Below are positions 53,801 to 64,000 of a DNA stretch of 64,000 nt, in pieces. The stretch spans positions 167,290 to 231,289 of the forward strand of contig NW_018408898.1 of NCBI RefSeq assembly GCF_002113885.1. The letters are read 5' to 3'. Each line of letters opens with the position of its first letter. The stretch's first letter is position 1. Source of the stretch: Mizuhopecten yessoensis (taxonomy: Eukaryota). The translations under genes and the position numbers were made by a program. The notes under the pieces were generated by a model. The model worked only from the letters and a program-made list of their open reading frames with translations. It ran no database searches and had not been told where the DNA came from.

Positions 53801-56800
53801 TAACAGGGCTAGAAGTTAATTATAAGAACCACTAGTGAGTGGAGCTAGTACATCGTTCCCAATTTTACTAGTTACTGTACAAGTTCCACTAACCCAATAG
53901 TATTCAACATACCAGAAAGATTTAGTAATATCAAATTTTGATTTGTCAGTATAATTGGGTTAGCAGTTTTTAAAACCACATAGTTCATCTTGAGATTTCA
54001 CCTGTTTCAGATTTGTGAATTGCCCTTATTGTCTGGCCCAGCTGGTTAGGTAGTACATTTCATGATACCTTTATTGATTCTGTCTTTCACACATATAAAT
54101 TAAAGTAGAGTGTCACTAATGCAATCAGTAACTCAGGATCATTCTTTTCGCAGTATTTATTTTAGTTTTTAAGAGATTATAACAACAGTCATTATTATTC
54201 AATCCATATTTTTAATGTGGTTCTTGTGGAAACTTAATAGTGTATCATATTTGGTAGTAAATGGCAGTACCTTGAATGTGTTAGCTGTATGTGAGGGGGT
54301 TTGTATTGAATGTGTTAGTGTATGTGAGGGGGTTTGTATTGAATGTGTTAGTGTATGTGAGGGGGTTTGTATTGAATGTGTTAGTGTATGTGAGGGGGTT
54401 TGTATTGAATGTGTTAGTGTATGTGAGGGGGTTTGTATTGAATGTGTTAGTGTATGTGAGGGGGTTTGTATTGAATGTGTTAGTGTATGTGAGGGGGTTT
54501 GTATTGAATGTGTTAGTGTATGTGAGGGGGTTTGTATTGAATGTGTTAGTGTATGTGAGGGGGTTTGTATTGAATGTGTTAGTGTATGTGAGGGGGTTTG
54601 TATTGAATGTGTTAGTGTATGTGAGGGGGTTTGTATTGAATGTGTTAGTGTATGTGAGGGGGTTTGTATTGAATGTGTTAGTGTATGTGAGGGGGTTTGT
54701 ATTGAATGTGTTAGTGTATGTGAGGGGGTTTGTATTGAATGTGTTAGTGTATGTGAGGGGGTTTGTATTGAATGTGTTAGTGTATGTGAGGGGGTTTGTA
54801 TTGAATGTGTTAGTGTATGTGAGGGGGTTTGTATTGAATGTGTTAGTGTATGTGAGGGGGTTTGTATTGAATGTGTTAGTGTATGTGAGGGGGTTTGTAT
54901 TGAATGTGTTAGTGTATGTGAGGGGGTTTGTATTGAATGTGTTAGTGTATGTGAGGGGGTTTGTATTGAATGTGTTAGTGTATGTGAGGGGGTTTGTATT
55001 GAATGTGTTAGTGTATGTGAGGGGGTTTGTATTGAATGTGTTAGTGTATGTGAGGGGGTTTGTATTGAATGTGTTAGTGTATGTGAGGGGGTTTGTATTG
55101 AATGTGTTAGTGTATGTGAGGGGGTTTGTATTGAATGTGTTAGTGTATGTGAGTGGGTTTGTATTAAATGGGTTAGTGTATGTGAGGGGGTTTGTATTGA
55201 TTTCAATGTTTTGGTTGTAGGTGGTAACCCAGTCTGAGAGCTCTGTTCACCTGTTACAGCAGCTGAAATCTCATTTGTCCAACAATCTTGTCAAGGTAAT
55301 GTTTCCAACTGGATTTCTATGTAAGGAAATAAGTTTTCATATCAAATTAACTTTTGCACTGGTCATACAAATGGAGATCAGTAAAATCTCTAGACCTTTT
55401 GACCTTCAATATGCTTTAATCACAACCTTTTGATCTTCAATATGTTTTAACCGACAAGCTTTTGATCTTCAATGTTTTAATCTACAACCTTTTGATCTTC
55501 AATATGTTTTAATTTATAACCTTTTTGACAGTACGTAATTTTGTTGGAAGTAAAATGAAGATTGGATGTATTTTCACTTATATTTTCCGATGGGAACATT
55601 ATTCACAGAAAGATAACTGTTTACATCAGTTACTTGTTTATGATTTATTTATGGAATTTTCTGTCAGACTAAAAAATGTATAATATACAATTTTCTTTTT
55701 AATTCTGAGAAATACTTGTTAAATCTATGTTTCTTTCAGTGGCGACAGTAATAAGTAGTTGTTGAGAAAATATAGTGCAGGGCATTTCTTACAGTAGGGA
55801 GAATTTGCAAATTTTAAATTCTTATATATGTTGACTATAGTCATGCTTATGACAACTTGCACATCATGACATAATCCTGCATTAACCTCTGTCTTTGTAT
55901 TATACTTCTCACTATGAATTTAGCCGTGTATACTGGATTTGTCTGCCTATCCGTAGAAAAATATTGTTTGGACAATTCCTTCTAAACACCAAATCAGTTT
56001 TGGTTCGTTCTGTAGATAAACTTTGGGATAGTCATCATTTTAACCATGTTATATTTACAGTCCCACAAATCTTGGATTACAGGACTAAATAAGTTAAAAA
56101 ACTGGTTTCTATCTGACAGCTTTTGTGATTGTTAAGGACACAATGACTTAATCTTTTGTGCATGCACTATGGGGCTTACAGTTCTAGGTTATAGGTTAGG
56201 TTTCTTAAATAGCCGGTATCCAATGAAACTGCTCTATTAATATTGTACGAGAAACTAGTAATATTGGACTGTTACATTCATAGAGCATAGGTGTATAGAG
56301 TCTTAAGTTGTACATTTGTGTCAACAGGTAGGAAAAAGGTATTATCTCCAGGCATCAGGAATCAGCCAGGGTTCTGTTCTGTCTACCATCCTTTGTAACA
56401 TGTACTATGGACACATGGAAAAGGAGTTGTTTCCCCTGTTGGAGGGAGAAGAGCTTCTGATGAGAATCGTTGATGATTCACTGTTTGTAACACCACACAA
56501 GAATCGGGCTGTGGACTTCCTCAATCTCATGTTTAAAGGTCAATATCTTTCCTTCTATACCTACATGTATATGTTATCTAAAAATGTTTAGATCTGCAAT
56601 ATCCTCCAAATAGTAATTTTGTATTGTTAAAAGGGATAGAGCAGTTTAAAGGCTGCTTCAATCATATAATATTTTTTGAAAATATGAATAGCTGAAGTCA
56701 TAAGATAAGACTGTCAGGTGTGACATTGTTTATACAACTACATTTGTACATGTACTACAGGTAGCTGCAGGGAATCAGACATACTGAGTGATGAATGTGG

Positions 56801-59800
56801 TCAGCACAACAGTCACCATAATTAACAGTCACCATAACAGCCATTTTATAAAATTATAACGACTGCTGCAGTTTGTGACATCACACAACAGCTTCAGAGT
56901 CAGTTGAGTGATAATCTGAAGAAATGTAAATAATATTTTTATTTCCAGGAATACCAGATTACAATCTCCGTGTAAACACTGACAAAGTTCTGCTTAACTT
57001 TCCTCTGTCGCTGGATGACAGAGTTACCTTTCCTGTGACTCAAACAGGTAAGGATTTCACCCTGAACTGATCATTATATGATGCAAGCATTTTTGTGATT
57101 GAACTTTTAATTAATAAAAAGTAAAGAAATAATAATCAATAATAACTAACTCTTTCCTCACTTGAACTTGATATTCTGGACAGTGTTTTTGTCTGGTTGA
57201 TACTTGGCAAGGTTTTAGTGACATCTCCTTCCCCTTTACTTTGTATACTGGACAACGTTTGAGAGTCACTCTTCCGACTGGTTAAATGATATAAGAGGCA
57301 CATTTTCAATACACTTTTTCTCATAACCTTGAATACTAGAGGCACTGTTTGAAACACTCTTCGTAATCACCTAGCTCATGTAGCTTTTACACTTTACAAA
57401 ATATCTTGTTATACCCCCCGCAACGAAGTTAGGGGGTATACTTGAATCAGGTCGTCCGTCCGTCCGTCTGTGGATGCAATGTAGTACCATGTACTCCTCC
57501 TAAACTACTGGATGGATTTCAATGATAAGAATCCTTGCAGCTTCATTGAAGATGTGCGTAAAGTACTTTGAATTGGGCTATTTCCTCTTTTCACGAAGTT
57601 ATGGCCCTTTGTTCAATAAAAGCTTTTTTAGACCATGACATTGCACAGAAAATGCAAGAACCTTTTTATTTTTTATTCAATTCCTTCCAAATTTGGTATG
57701 GTAATACTAGAAGCAATAATATTTAACATACATGTATGTAACGTTTTTTTTGTGTTCAGGTTTCAACTTTCCGCGTTTTTGAAAGGTCAAAGGTCATGAA
57801 TGAATTACATTACTGAAATGGCTAAATATCTCGGAAACGGAGGGTATTTTGTATACACATTCTGAGGTCGTGAGGTCAGAGGTCAAATGTCACGAATGAA
57901 TTACATTACCAAAATGGCTAAATATCTTGGAAATAGTAGGTATTTGGTATACAAAGAGTATCGTAGCCAATTATGCAGGCTATATTATGACAAACTTCCA
58001 AGGTCATGAGGTCAAAGGTTAAAGGTCATAGATGCATTTTATTACTGAAATGTCTAATTATGGCAGAAACGGTAGGTATTTTGTATACACATACCTTGGA
58101 GTAAATGTAGCATTGATGCAAGCTACATTGTGACAAAATTCCAACATCATTGAGTCAAAGGTCACAGTAGTGGTGTTTGCCTTTTCCATCGGTCTGTCGA
58201 TACAACCTCTGAGGTTAGACTTTTTCATGACCCTTGATCTTTCTATATATTTTTTCCGTTGTATATTAAGCTCCTACAGGGGCAACAAACACCTGGAATG
58301 CGGGGGGGGGGGGTATTAGTTAGCCCATAGGCGACAGTTCTAGTTTTTGACTGATGATAATATTAGGTGGTGCAGTGGAAAGCACATTTGCCTTTCACCA
58401 AGGCAGTGAATCATTCCCCAATCCGACTTGGAAGGTAAAGGGTCACCTGGCCGACCACATGGGTTTTCTCTCACTGGATTTTCTCCAAAATTATACCCCC
58501 AGCACCCTTACATCCACGCCAGCAAGATTGATTAATATAAGTTGAAATAACTTGTTTCATAATTTTTGTAAAATAGATAAAGTTAAATTTATATAAAATG
58601 CTGAATATATCCTTAATGGAAAGAACATTAAATTATAAGCAAGACCATGGAAAACACGTCGATCTTCAGTAAAAATATTTAGAATTTGATATTAAAAGAC
58701 ATCATTCTGAATATAAATCTGTGGAGTCCTATTTTATATATGAAAAATAGTTGACAAAGTTCATTCCTAGATTGTAAATTTATTCCATTAAGAAAAAATA
58801 CAGAGCTATGAAATATTGCAATGCCAATAAGCTTAAAGTAACATGGTTGTAGATTGGTTTCCCTGGTGTGGGATGCTGTTTAATACTAAGACTCTCCAGG
58901 CCAGTATGGACTTCTCCAGATATGCTGGCATATGTGAGTCTTTTTTGTTTAATGAACCATGGCCATTGAAATGTAGATATCTCTCAAACTGCTTTTTGTT
59001 AACTGTTTTATTTCATATCCAAATGTATAAAACTAAATCTAAATGCTTTCAAAAGATTGTTATTCAAAATCTGACACCTGTTTCTATCAGTACATTTGGG
59101 TTTAATTGTGGTCAAATAGACCTCACAGCCAACAGGCACTTATAAATTTAGAGGTATATAGAGTATTTGACAGTCTTTAAAACACACATCTACTGTATTT
59201 AGGCATGCATACCTAGGTTTCAATCCCAGTATCAGGGGATTACAAAAATAGGATGAGTCTTTAGATAGTTATACAAGTACTACTGAACTTTAAATGAAAA
59301 CAATGGATAAAAACTTTCACCAGTTTAAAAATAGAAATGTTCATGATCTTGAAATATAAATATTCACAATATATATATCCCATATATAATAGAGCTGTCA
59401 TTTGAGAGAAGAAACGTCAGGAGAATATATTACTCTCCACAATGAGTATTTTGTTTGACCTATATGTGAACATTTTTAATTTGTAAAACACGTGATACCA
59501 CATAGACAACCAGGAATTTGATGTTGCAATAAAAATAATAATGAAGTGTGTTTTTAAAAATATATGTTAAATGTAATTTTTTATTCCTGGCCCATGTAGG
59601 TGTTGCTGATACAATGAGTTTTGACCTTTCTCGTGATCCACTGATGACCTTGAAACACAAGCTCCTGAAGTATGTGTCCGTTTGACCTATGGCTCCAGCA
59701 ATGAAAATACACAGAGAATATTATTTTTTGTAAAATACCATTATATTATATATTTCATAAGAGATGTAGGATATCAATAGTTTACAGGTATCATGCTCAA

Positions 59801-62800
59801 CTTCTGTCATCTGAAGATAAACAATTTGATCTTATAATCACCCTGAGTACTTCATAGCAATTGATCAGGACACTATACTGTAAGTAATGTTATAACCCTC
59901 TTAGAGTCTGGAGACAGATTGATTGCTGACTGGTTTGTTAATAGTAGATAATTGCTTTTAATCTCTTGCAGTGCATTGAAGCCTAAGAGCCATGTTATCT
60001 ACATGGATACTGAAGTAAGTATATATTTATATCAGTAATTATGACGGTTACACTCCACTTAAACAAATATTTAGTGTGAATTAATATGTTCTAAGTGAGT
60101 GATACTCTTTTCTGTGTGACCTACTCTTTTCTGTGTGACACACATCTTGGTATACACAGTTTGTTTGTGTTTTACGTCCTATGGTCATGTAAGGACGTGC
60201 CAGGTTTGTGGTGGAGGAAAGACGGCGTTCCCAGAGAAAAACCACCGACCTGCGGTCAGTACCTAGCAACTGCCCCACGTAGGCCTCGAACCCACAACAC
60301 AGTGATGGAGGGCTAGTGGTAGCAGAGTTAGACACCTAAATAATAACCACTTGGCCACCGCGGCCCCTGGTACACGCAGAATAAAATCTGTATGATACTA
60401 CCATATTTTGTTGATGATTTTGTGACCAGTGTCAACAAAAGGAAACAAAGTCACATTTAGATTTGGAAAGAAGAACTAATAGATACAATTATGAATATGT
60501 TTTAATACCGTTTCATGTAATATTTCAAAATCTATCTAAACCTTAGTGAAATACTTCATTGGAGTCAATGTTAATACTAGCAAGTCATACTAAGCTGTCT
60601 TACTTTTGTTGATTGTAAATTGGTATATTTTGTGATACAAATTTTGTAATTGTGTTTAAAACGACGTAATAAAAAGGGAGTTAAATTATGAGAAAAACAA
60701 TCATAGTAGTTTATCCTTTGTTCGATTGAAAATTTGTATTCTGTTAAAAACAATGCAGTTAAAAGTAATTACACTAAAAGCTTGCTTATCTATACAAAAT
60801 AGACATTGAAATCGTGTTAAACTGCTTACAGTTTCTCATTTTCTGAAATTTTAGTGATACATGTATTATGAATTAGGCAGATATATGAAGATATTTCTAA
60901 GAAAAAGGAAATGCTTCAAAATGGACAGTGAAACATGTTCGGTAAAACGCGATATGACCAGGAATTAGTAATTTAGTGTATTTAAATGTTTCTATAACCA
61001 TGCACAATTATGTATCTTCTAAGATACAACTTGATGAACAAAATGCCTAGTAATTGTTGCTAATTGTTTCATGAAATAACACAAACTATGCTACAAAAGT
61101 AACATAGCCCTTCAAATGAACTGAATTTCACTTTCCAGCTGAACACGACAGAAATAGTTGTGACCAATATCTTCAAGATTTTCGTTCTGAATGCGATGAA
61201 ATTCCACAGCTACCAGAGACGTCTTCCTCATAAGCTGCACCTCACATATCAGAAGAAATTCTTCATAGGTACAGAATCACTCTCATCTTAATATTACATA
61301 CACATCCCATTCTTGTTTTAGGTGACAGCTCTGCCTTCTCTGAAGGAGTGTTTATGACAAAGTCTTGTCAGCATAAAGACACTGTTCATGTCGGATCGTC
61401 CTGAAGACATTTATTTTATCATACATTTAATATTATTATTGACAAGGAGTGTGAGTTGAGAGCCAATTGATTACCAGAGCAGTAATATAATGTAGTAAAA
61501 GGACGGCTATCTTAGATTGTAGTGATCTTCAAAATGGTGGGGACTGTTTTGTCAAAAAGTAAATTGATCAATAATATTTGTGCCCTGTTTGCAAAAGTTC
61601 ATGTTGATAATATTTTTAAATGATTGAACTAATGTGGTTTGCAGTGTACTATAAAATAAGATTTGAAACTGTACTGTTCCTCACCACAAATAATGATAAA
61701 GCTTCAACATCTGTTTTATGTTAAATGTTTTTCAGTTATTGTAGATTATTTATTTTCGTAAAAGTTTAATTCACAAACCAATTTCTTTTGCAAGAGCTTC
61801 TATTTGTGTGTTTCACTCAGTGTGTGTACATGTATGTATACAATTGTTTGTATGATACTCTCATTTGCTATCAACAGTTAATGAGAGCTTTCTTTAAAAT
61901 GACCATCAAACAAAGTATAAGCTTTCTTAGATTTGTATATGTTCATGGTTAACTGCTGCAGTAAAGTGAAACCTTTGTATATGATCATACACAGCCAGTG
62001 TAACTGTAGTTTACTATATAACCCTGCTTGTGAATTAGACACTTTTAAAATTTAATTTATTGGTTGATCATATTTTTTTTAAAGGTTTTGAAGACAACTA
62101 AAACAAATTAATTTATTTTTTCTTGATTATTACAGAGTTACTCATAGATCTTGGGAGCTATTTCTATCATCAGACTCGCACCTGTCTCACCAAGAAGGTA
62201 ATAAGATATACAGACAATTAATAACACATCTGTCTAACTGAGAAGTTAAAGACAATGACACATCAAAAATATGCACTATAGACATATAACACCTATATCA
62301 TCCTATATATACAAATTGTGGTTTTTGACAAAAAAATTAACTATATACTCAGATTGCCACATATCTCAGAAAAAAACAAACATCTACTCGAATACACACG
62401 TGTTACGTCAAAATGTTTAATTTAATGTTTCTAACAGAATAGGCTTCCTCACTATAATAACTCATCGTACAACCATCAGCTGCCTCTGTCAAGCATTTCC
62501 GTGCAATTAAGGATCATGATGCCACTACCAAAAATTGTAACCAAGTATTTTATACTGTTTTTAGATCATATCTGAAAAGAAAGCCTTGTTGGACTTTCAT
62601 GAAAAACAAAACACATAAAGTGACAACATATAATCAACTCCAGTGCTCTGATTGTAAAAATTCAGTGGGCTAGACCAGGATTCGAATCTTGGACTTCAGA
62701 CTGTTATACTATCGCTCAAATCAATTGAGCTACCTGGAATTCTGATCTAAATGTACTACATGTGCAGTTATGTGCAAATAGAAGTGAAGGGGGATTACTC

Positions 62801-63563
62801 TATATAGGACTAACCACAGTGCAGTGTGACAGGGATCCTATAGTGTGTTACCTTACCCAAACTTAGATGAGAAGCCTCCCTGATGTTGTGAGTAGTATGA
62901 CTGAGGACTGTTTTTATTGTGTTCTTATAGGGTTCATTACCTGGTGTTTTCAACATACACAAGGATGTGGTACTGTGGTATGTAAATGATCTTACCTTCT
63001 GCTTATAAATTCATTAAAAACTAATGCTTGTACAATTGTTTCTCTTTAGTTGTAAGTTAAGTGTTAATTAAATAGGTCAATTTAAACTTCAAATATCTTG
63101 TAAATATTTGTCCTGACACCTTTTGAGATGAATTGTTCCTTATGCACTTTCAACTCGTCTGAAATCTGAAACTTAATTGCTGAATAAAATGTTTGTGCAA
63201 TTAAGTACGTGGGTTTTTTTAATGGATAGTCCAACATAATGTCTCAAAATAAAATTATTGGTGTTCTGTTATTGGATTTTCTCGACTGTCTTTGACTATT
63301 TTAAGTTCCTTGGAAAAAAGTATCAGTTGTTAGATATGTACTTTAAAATTCAGCTCTCCTGTACGTGTGAAAATCGGTGGAAAAACAAGGTGTCTTGAAA
63401 ATGTAATCTTTTAAGTCAAAGGGATCACTGACTTTTTTTCAGGTTATGTTTTAAGGGCTTTTCTGTCGTTCTGCAAAAGAATGGAAATGGATGGCAATAC
63501 AAGGACTTCAGGAGAGCACTCAATCAGGAGCATAGGATCATCAATTCCAGACTTGAATTACAG
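33668..63563 (+). CDS. TERT: Telomerase reverse transcriptase, 32 coding exons in window, 3' end incomplete
   Basis: Exons, all GT-AG and phase-compatible: 33668-33780, 35693-35813, 36164-36220, 37342-37454, 38777-38862, 40111-41418, 42066-42237, 42680-42753, 44180-44244, 44510-44589, 45004-45128, 45643-45746, 46357-46441, 47426-47499, 47776-47886, 48469-48565, 49719-49756, 50526-50654, 50914-50970, 51650-51753, 52111-52216, 52478-52651, 55221-55295, 56328-56538, 56949-57047, 58853-58933, 59600-59669, 59972-60014, 61139-61268, 62136-62197, 62931-62977, 63443-63563. Motifs in the correct order: QNVLSLGF, RIGDTMMEYLL..YVQLTG (GQ), FLYITE (T), LRFLPK/LRPIVN (1/2), YFVKVDIATCF (A), GISQGSVLS (B'), LMRIVDD (C), GIPDYN..NTDK (D), FPWCG (E). 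No internal stop. Confidence 0.96.
40111..42237 (+). CDS. TERT: TERT exons 6-7: long low-complexity TEN-TRBD linker (contains ORF 40221..41447)
   Basis: Acceptor tttgtttcag at 40110 continues the GQ motif in frame (G-RPVFELW) and is in frame with the 408-aa ORF. Donor after 41418. Exon 42066-42237 is phase-compatible with both neighbours. Confidence 0.85.
41000..41400 (+). repeat. Coding 57-bp (19-aa) tandem repeat in the TERT linker
   Basis: QWRNPNASEPPQQFHSPRP-type units: four close copies plus two or three diverged ones. Confidence 0.9.
42680..49756 (+). CDS. TERT: TERT exons 8-17: RNA-binding domain (TFLY-like, VSR, CP, QFP, T motifs)
   Basis: RKRMFCSRGLLEQIPKSYILNRL..GAGELFQEIF; LHKSCSYLRQLNYSC; ILSQHLGINEIYMFLRRVFFHVIPNELLG; FLKLGKYDKFSMAEL; YWIFKDYIMVLLKSFLYITETAHHRNQLLYFRKRDW. 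Confidence 0.9.
43260..44036 (+). mobile_element. Non-autonomous Helentron/HINE-like (pearl-type) element in TERT intron 8
   Basis: T-rich insertion site, ttaggtca..tgacct subterminal hairpin, internal duplicated block, and a 3' caggtgacc followed by the short palindrome aggcccatgggcct then cttgttt. Confidence 0.7.
46442..47425 (+). other. Putative U12-type (minor spliceosome) GT-AG intron in TERT
   Basis: 5' end GTATCCTTAG; branch-site-like CCTTGAC at 47410-47416 followed only by ATACTTCAG; no polypyrimidine tract; phase 1. Confidence 0.75.
48645..49327 (+). mobile_element. Non-autonomous Helentron/HINE-like element with internal repeats of about 150 bp in TERT intron 16
   Basis: 5' hairpin atgtccccc..gggggacat; repeated ggaggcttctgattggtcgaaattta blocks; ends cttgttt. 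Confidence 0.65.
50526..58933 (+). CDS. TERT: TERT exons 18-26: reverse transcriptase domain
   Basis: Motifs 1, 2, 3, A, IFD, B', C, D and E are in order. The catalytic Asp in motif A (KVDI) and the DD in motif C are intact. Confidence 0.96.
50937..51062 (+). repeat. Triplication of the 3' end of TERT exon 19 plus its donor
   Basis: gctgaacttgttaaacatactgagctatcacaag x3, each followed directly or after cttaag by gtaaag. Confidence 0.95.
52650..53340 (+). repeat. Minisatellite (93-bp then about 53-bp units) starting at the TERT exon 22 donor
   Basis: aggtatgtagacttgttgattac recurs with GT at 52652, 52745, 52838 and 52931, followed by about 7 shorter units. Confidence 0.95.
54273..55200 (+). 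repeat. Homogeneous 33-bp VNTR (about 28 copies, GTATGTGAGGGGGTTTGTATTGAATGTGTTAGT) abutting the TERT exon 23 acceptor
   Basis: Directly visible, almost all copies identical, ending about 20 nt before the AG at 55219-55220. Confidence 0.98.
55394..55527. repeat. Tandem repeat of about 31 bp (x4) in TERT intron 23
   Basis: cttttgatcttcaatatgttttaa units. Confidence 0.8.
57410..58347 (+). mobile_element. Non-autonomous Helentron/HINE-like element in TERT intron 25
   Basis: 5' tatacccccc..gggggtata hairpin, (GTCC)n microsatellite, internal aaggtcaaaggtca repeats, 3' gcgggggggtat..ctagttt. Confidence 0.7.
59600..63563 (+). CDS. TERT: TERT exons 27-32: C-terminal extension (thumb); terminal exon not seen
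   Basis: ADTMSFD..LKHKLLNALKPKSHVIYMDTELNTTEIVVTNIFKIFVLNAMKFHSY..VLWLCFKGFSVVLQK resembles the TERT CTE. Exon 32 ends at a cag|gtaag donor. Confidence 0.88.
60160..60367 (-). mobile_element. tRNA-derived SINE in TERT intron 28
   Basis: The - strand begins ggggccgcggtggccaagtggtta (A box) with a gggttcgagg B box and ends in an A/C-rich tail. A related fragment lies at about 2255-2370. Confidence 0.7.
62667..62738 (-). mobile_element. Degenerate tRNA-derived SINE head (same family as 9194)
   Basis: Reverse complement reads ccaggtagctcaattg...gattcgaatcctggtctagccc. Confidence 0.5.
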
Positions 63564-64000
63564 GTAAGGCTGATACTGAGAGCCTCTCTTTGGTTTTCAG
63601 TGATCTACACTTTCATATTTGTGTGTCCAAGTTGGTCAGATGCCATTCTATACCCTACCAACATGGGATTGGCCAGCCATTTTCAAATCACAGAACAAGT
63701 GAAGGGAGGAAATTATGTTATTGTCTTCTTTGAATATGAAGAATATGCAATACACAGTTTATTTTTGGGACTTAACAAATGTGTTAATAATATATATTTC
63801 AAACTGTCTTAACATTGAATGAGATTTTGACCATTTCCAACTCTGTCGGTACATTGTTCTTAAGTTTTATATTCTGGTTATATGTTGGGCATGATTGGAA
63901 GTTTTTCAATTGTGTGATTAACTGTCAGAATCAGAAGTTATGGATCAGTAATCAAGTAAACTTATATGGGCCATATTGTAGATTGGATTGGATGACATAG

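Noticed and set aside
52650-55200. CRISPR-like or telomeric array interpretation of the intronic repeats
   Set aside because: No unique spacers or cas genes, the context is eukaryotic, and the units are not TTAGGG arrays (only one GGGTTAG in a variant unit).
54199-55237. Three long overlapping ORFs (309-340 aa) with 11-aa periodicity
   Set aside because: By-product of a 33-bp repeat that lacks stops in three frames. It lies in a TERT intron with no evidence of coding.

Overview
AT-rich, repeat-rich animal genomic DNA. The gene and repeat content look lophotrochozoan, probably bivalve, but the species cannot be determined. The right half (33.7-64 kb, + strand) is an intact telomerase reverse transcriptase (TERT) gene, reconstructed by hand as 32 phase-consistent coding exons (4332 nt, 1444 codons). 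It covers the TEN/GQ, TRBD (TFLY-like, CP, QFP, T), RT (motifs 1, 2, A-E) and CTE domains; no terminal exon was found in the window. Unusual TERT features: a U12-type (minor spliceosome) GT-AG intron inside the QFP motif; a linker of about 490 aa with a 19-aa tandem repeat; tandem repeats that copy or abut its own splice sites, including about 28 copies of a G-rich 33-bp unit in the intron matching human intron 7; a stop-containing alternative acceptor; three upstream ORFs; and several motif substitutions. The left half holds a three-exon AA15-type lytic polysaccharide monooxygenase gene (- strand), a decayed Polinton/Maverick capsid-protease fragment, a HECT E3 ligase pseudogene, three large LINE remnants plus a short fourth, tRNA-derived SINEs and several palindromes. 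Helentron-type non-autonomous elements sit in the TERT introns. All calls come from reading the sequence by eye; no searches were run.
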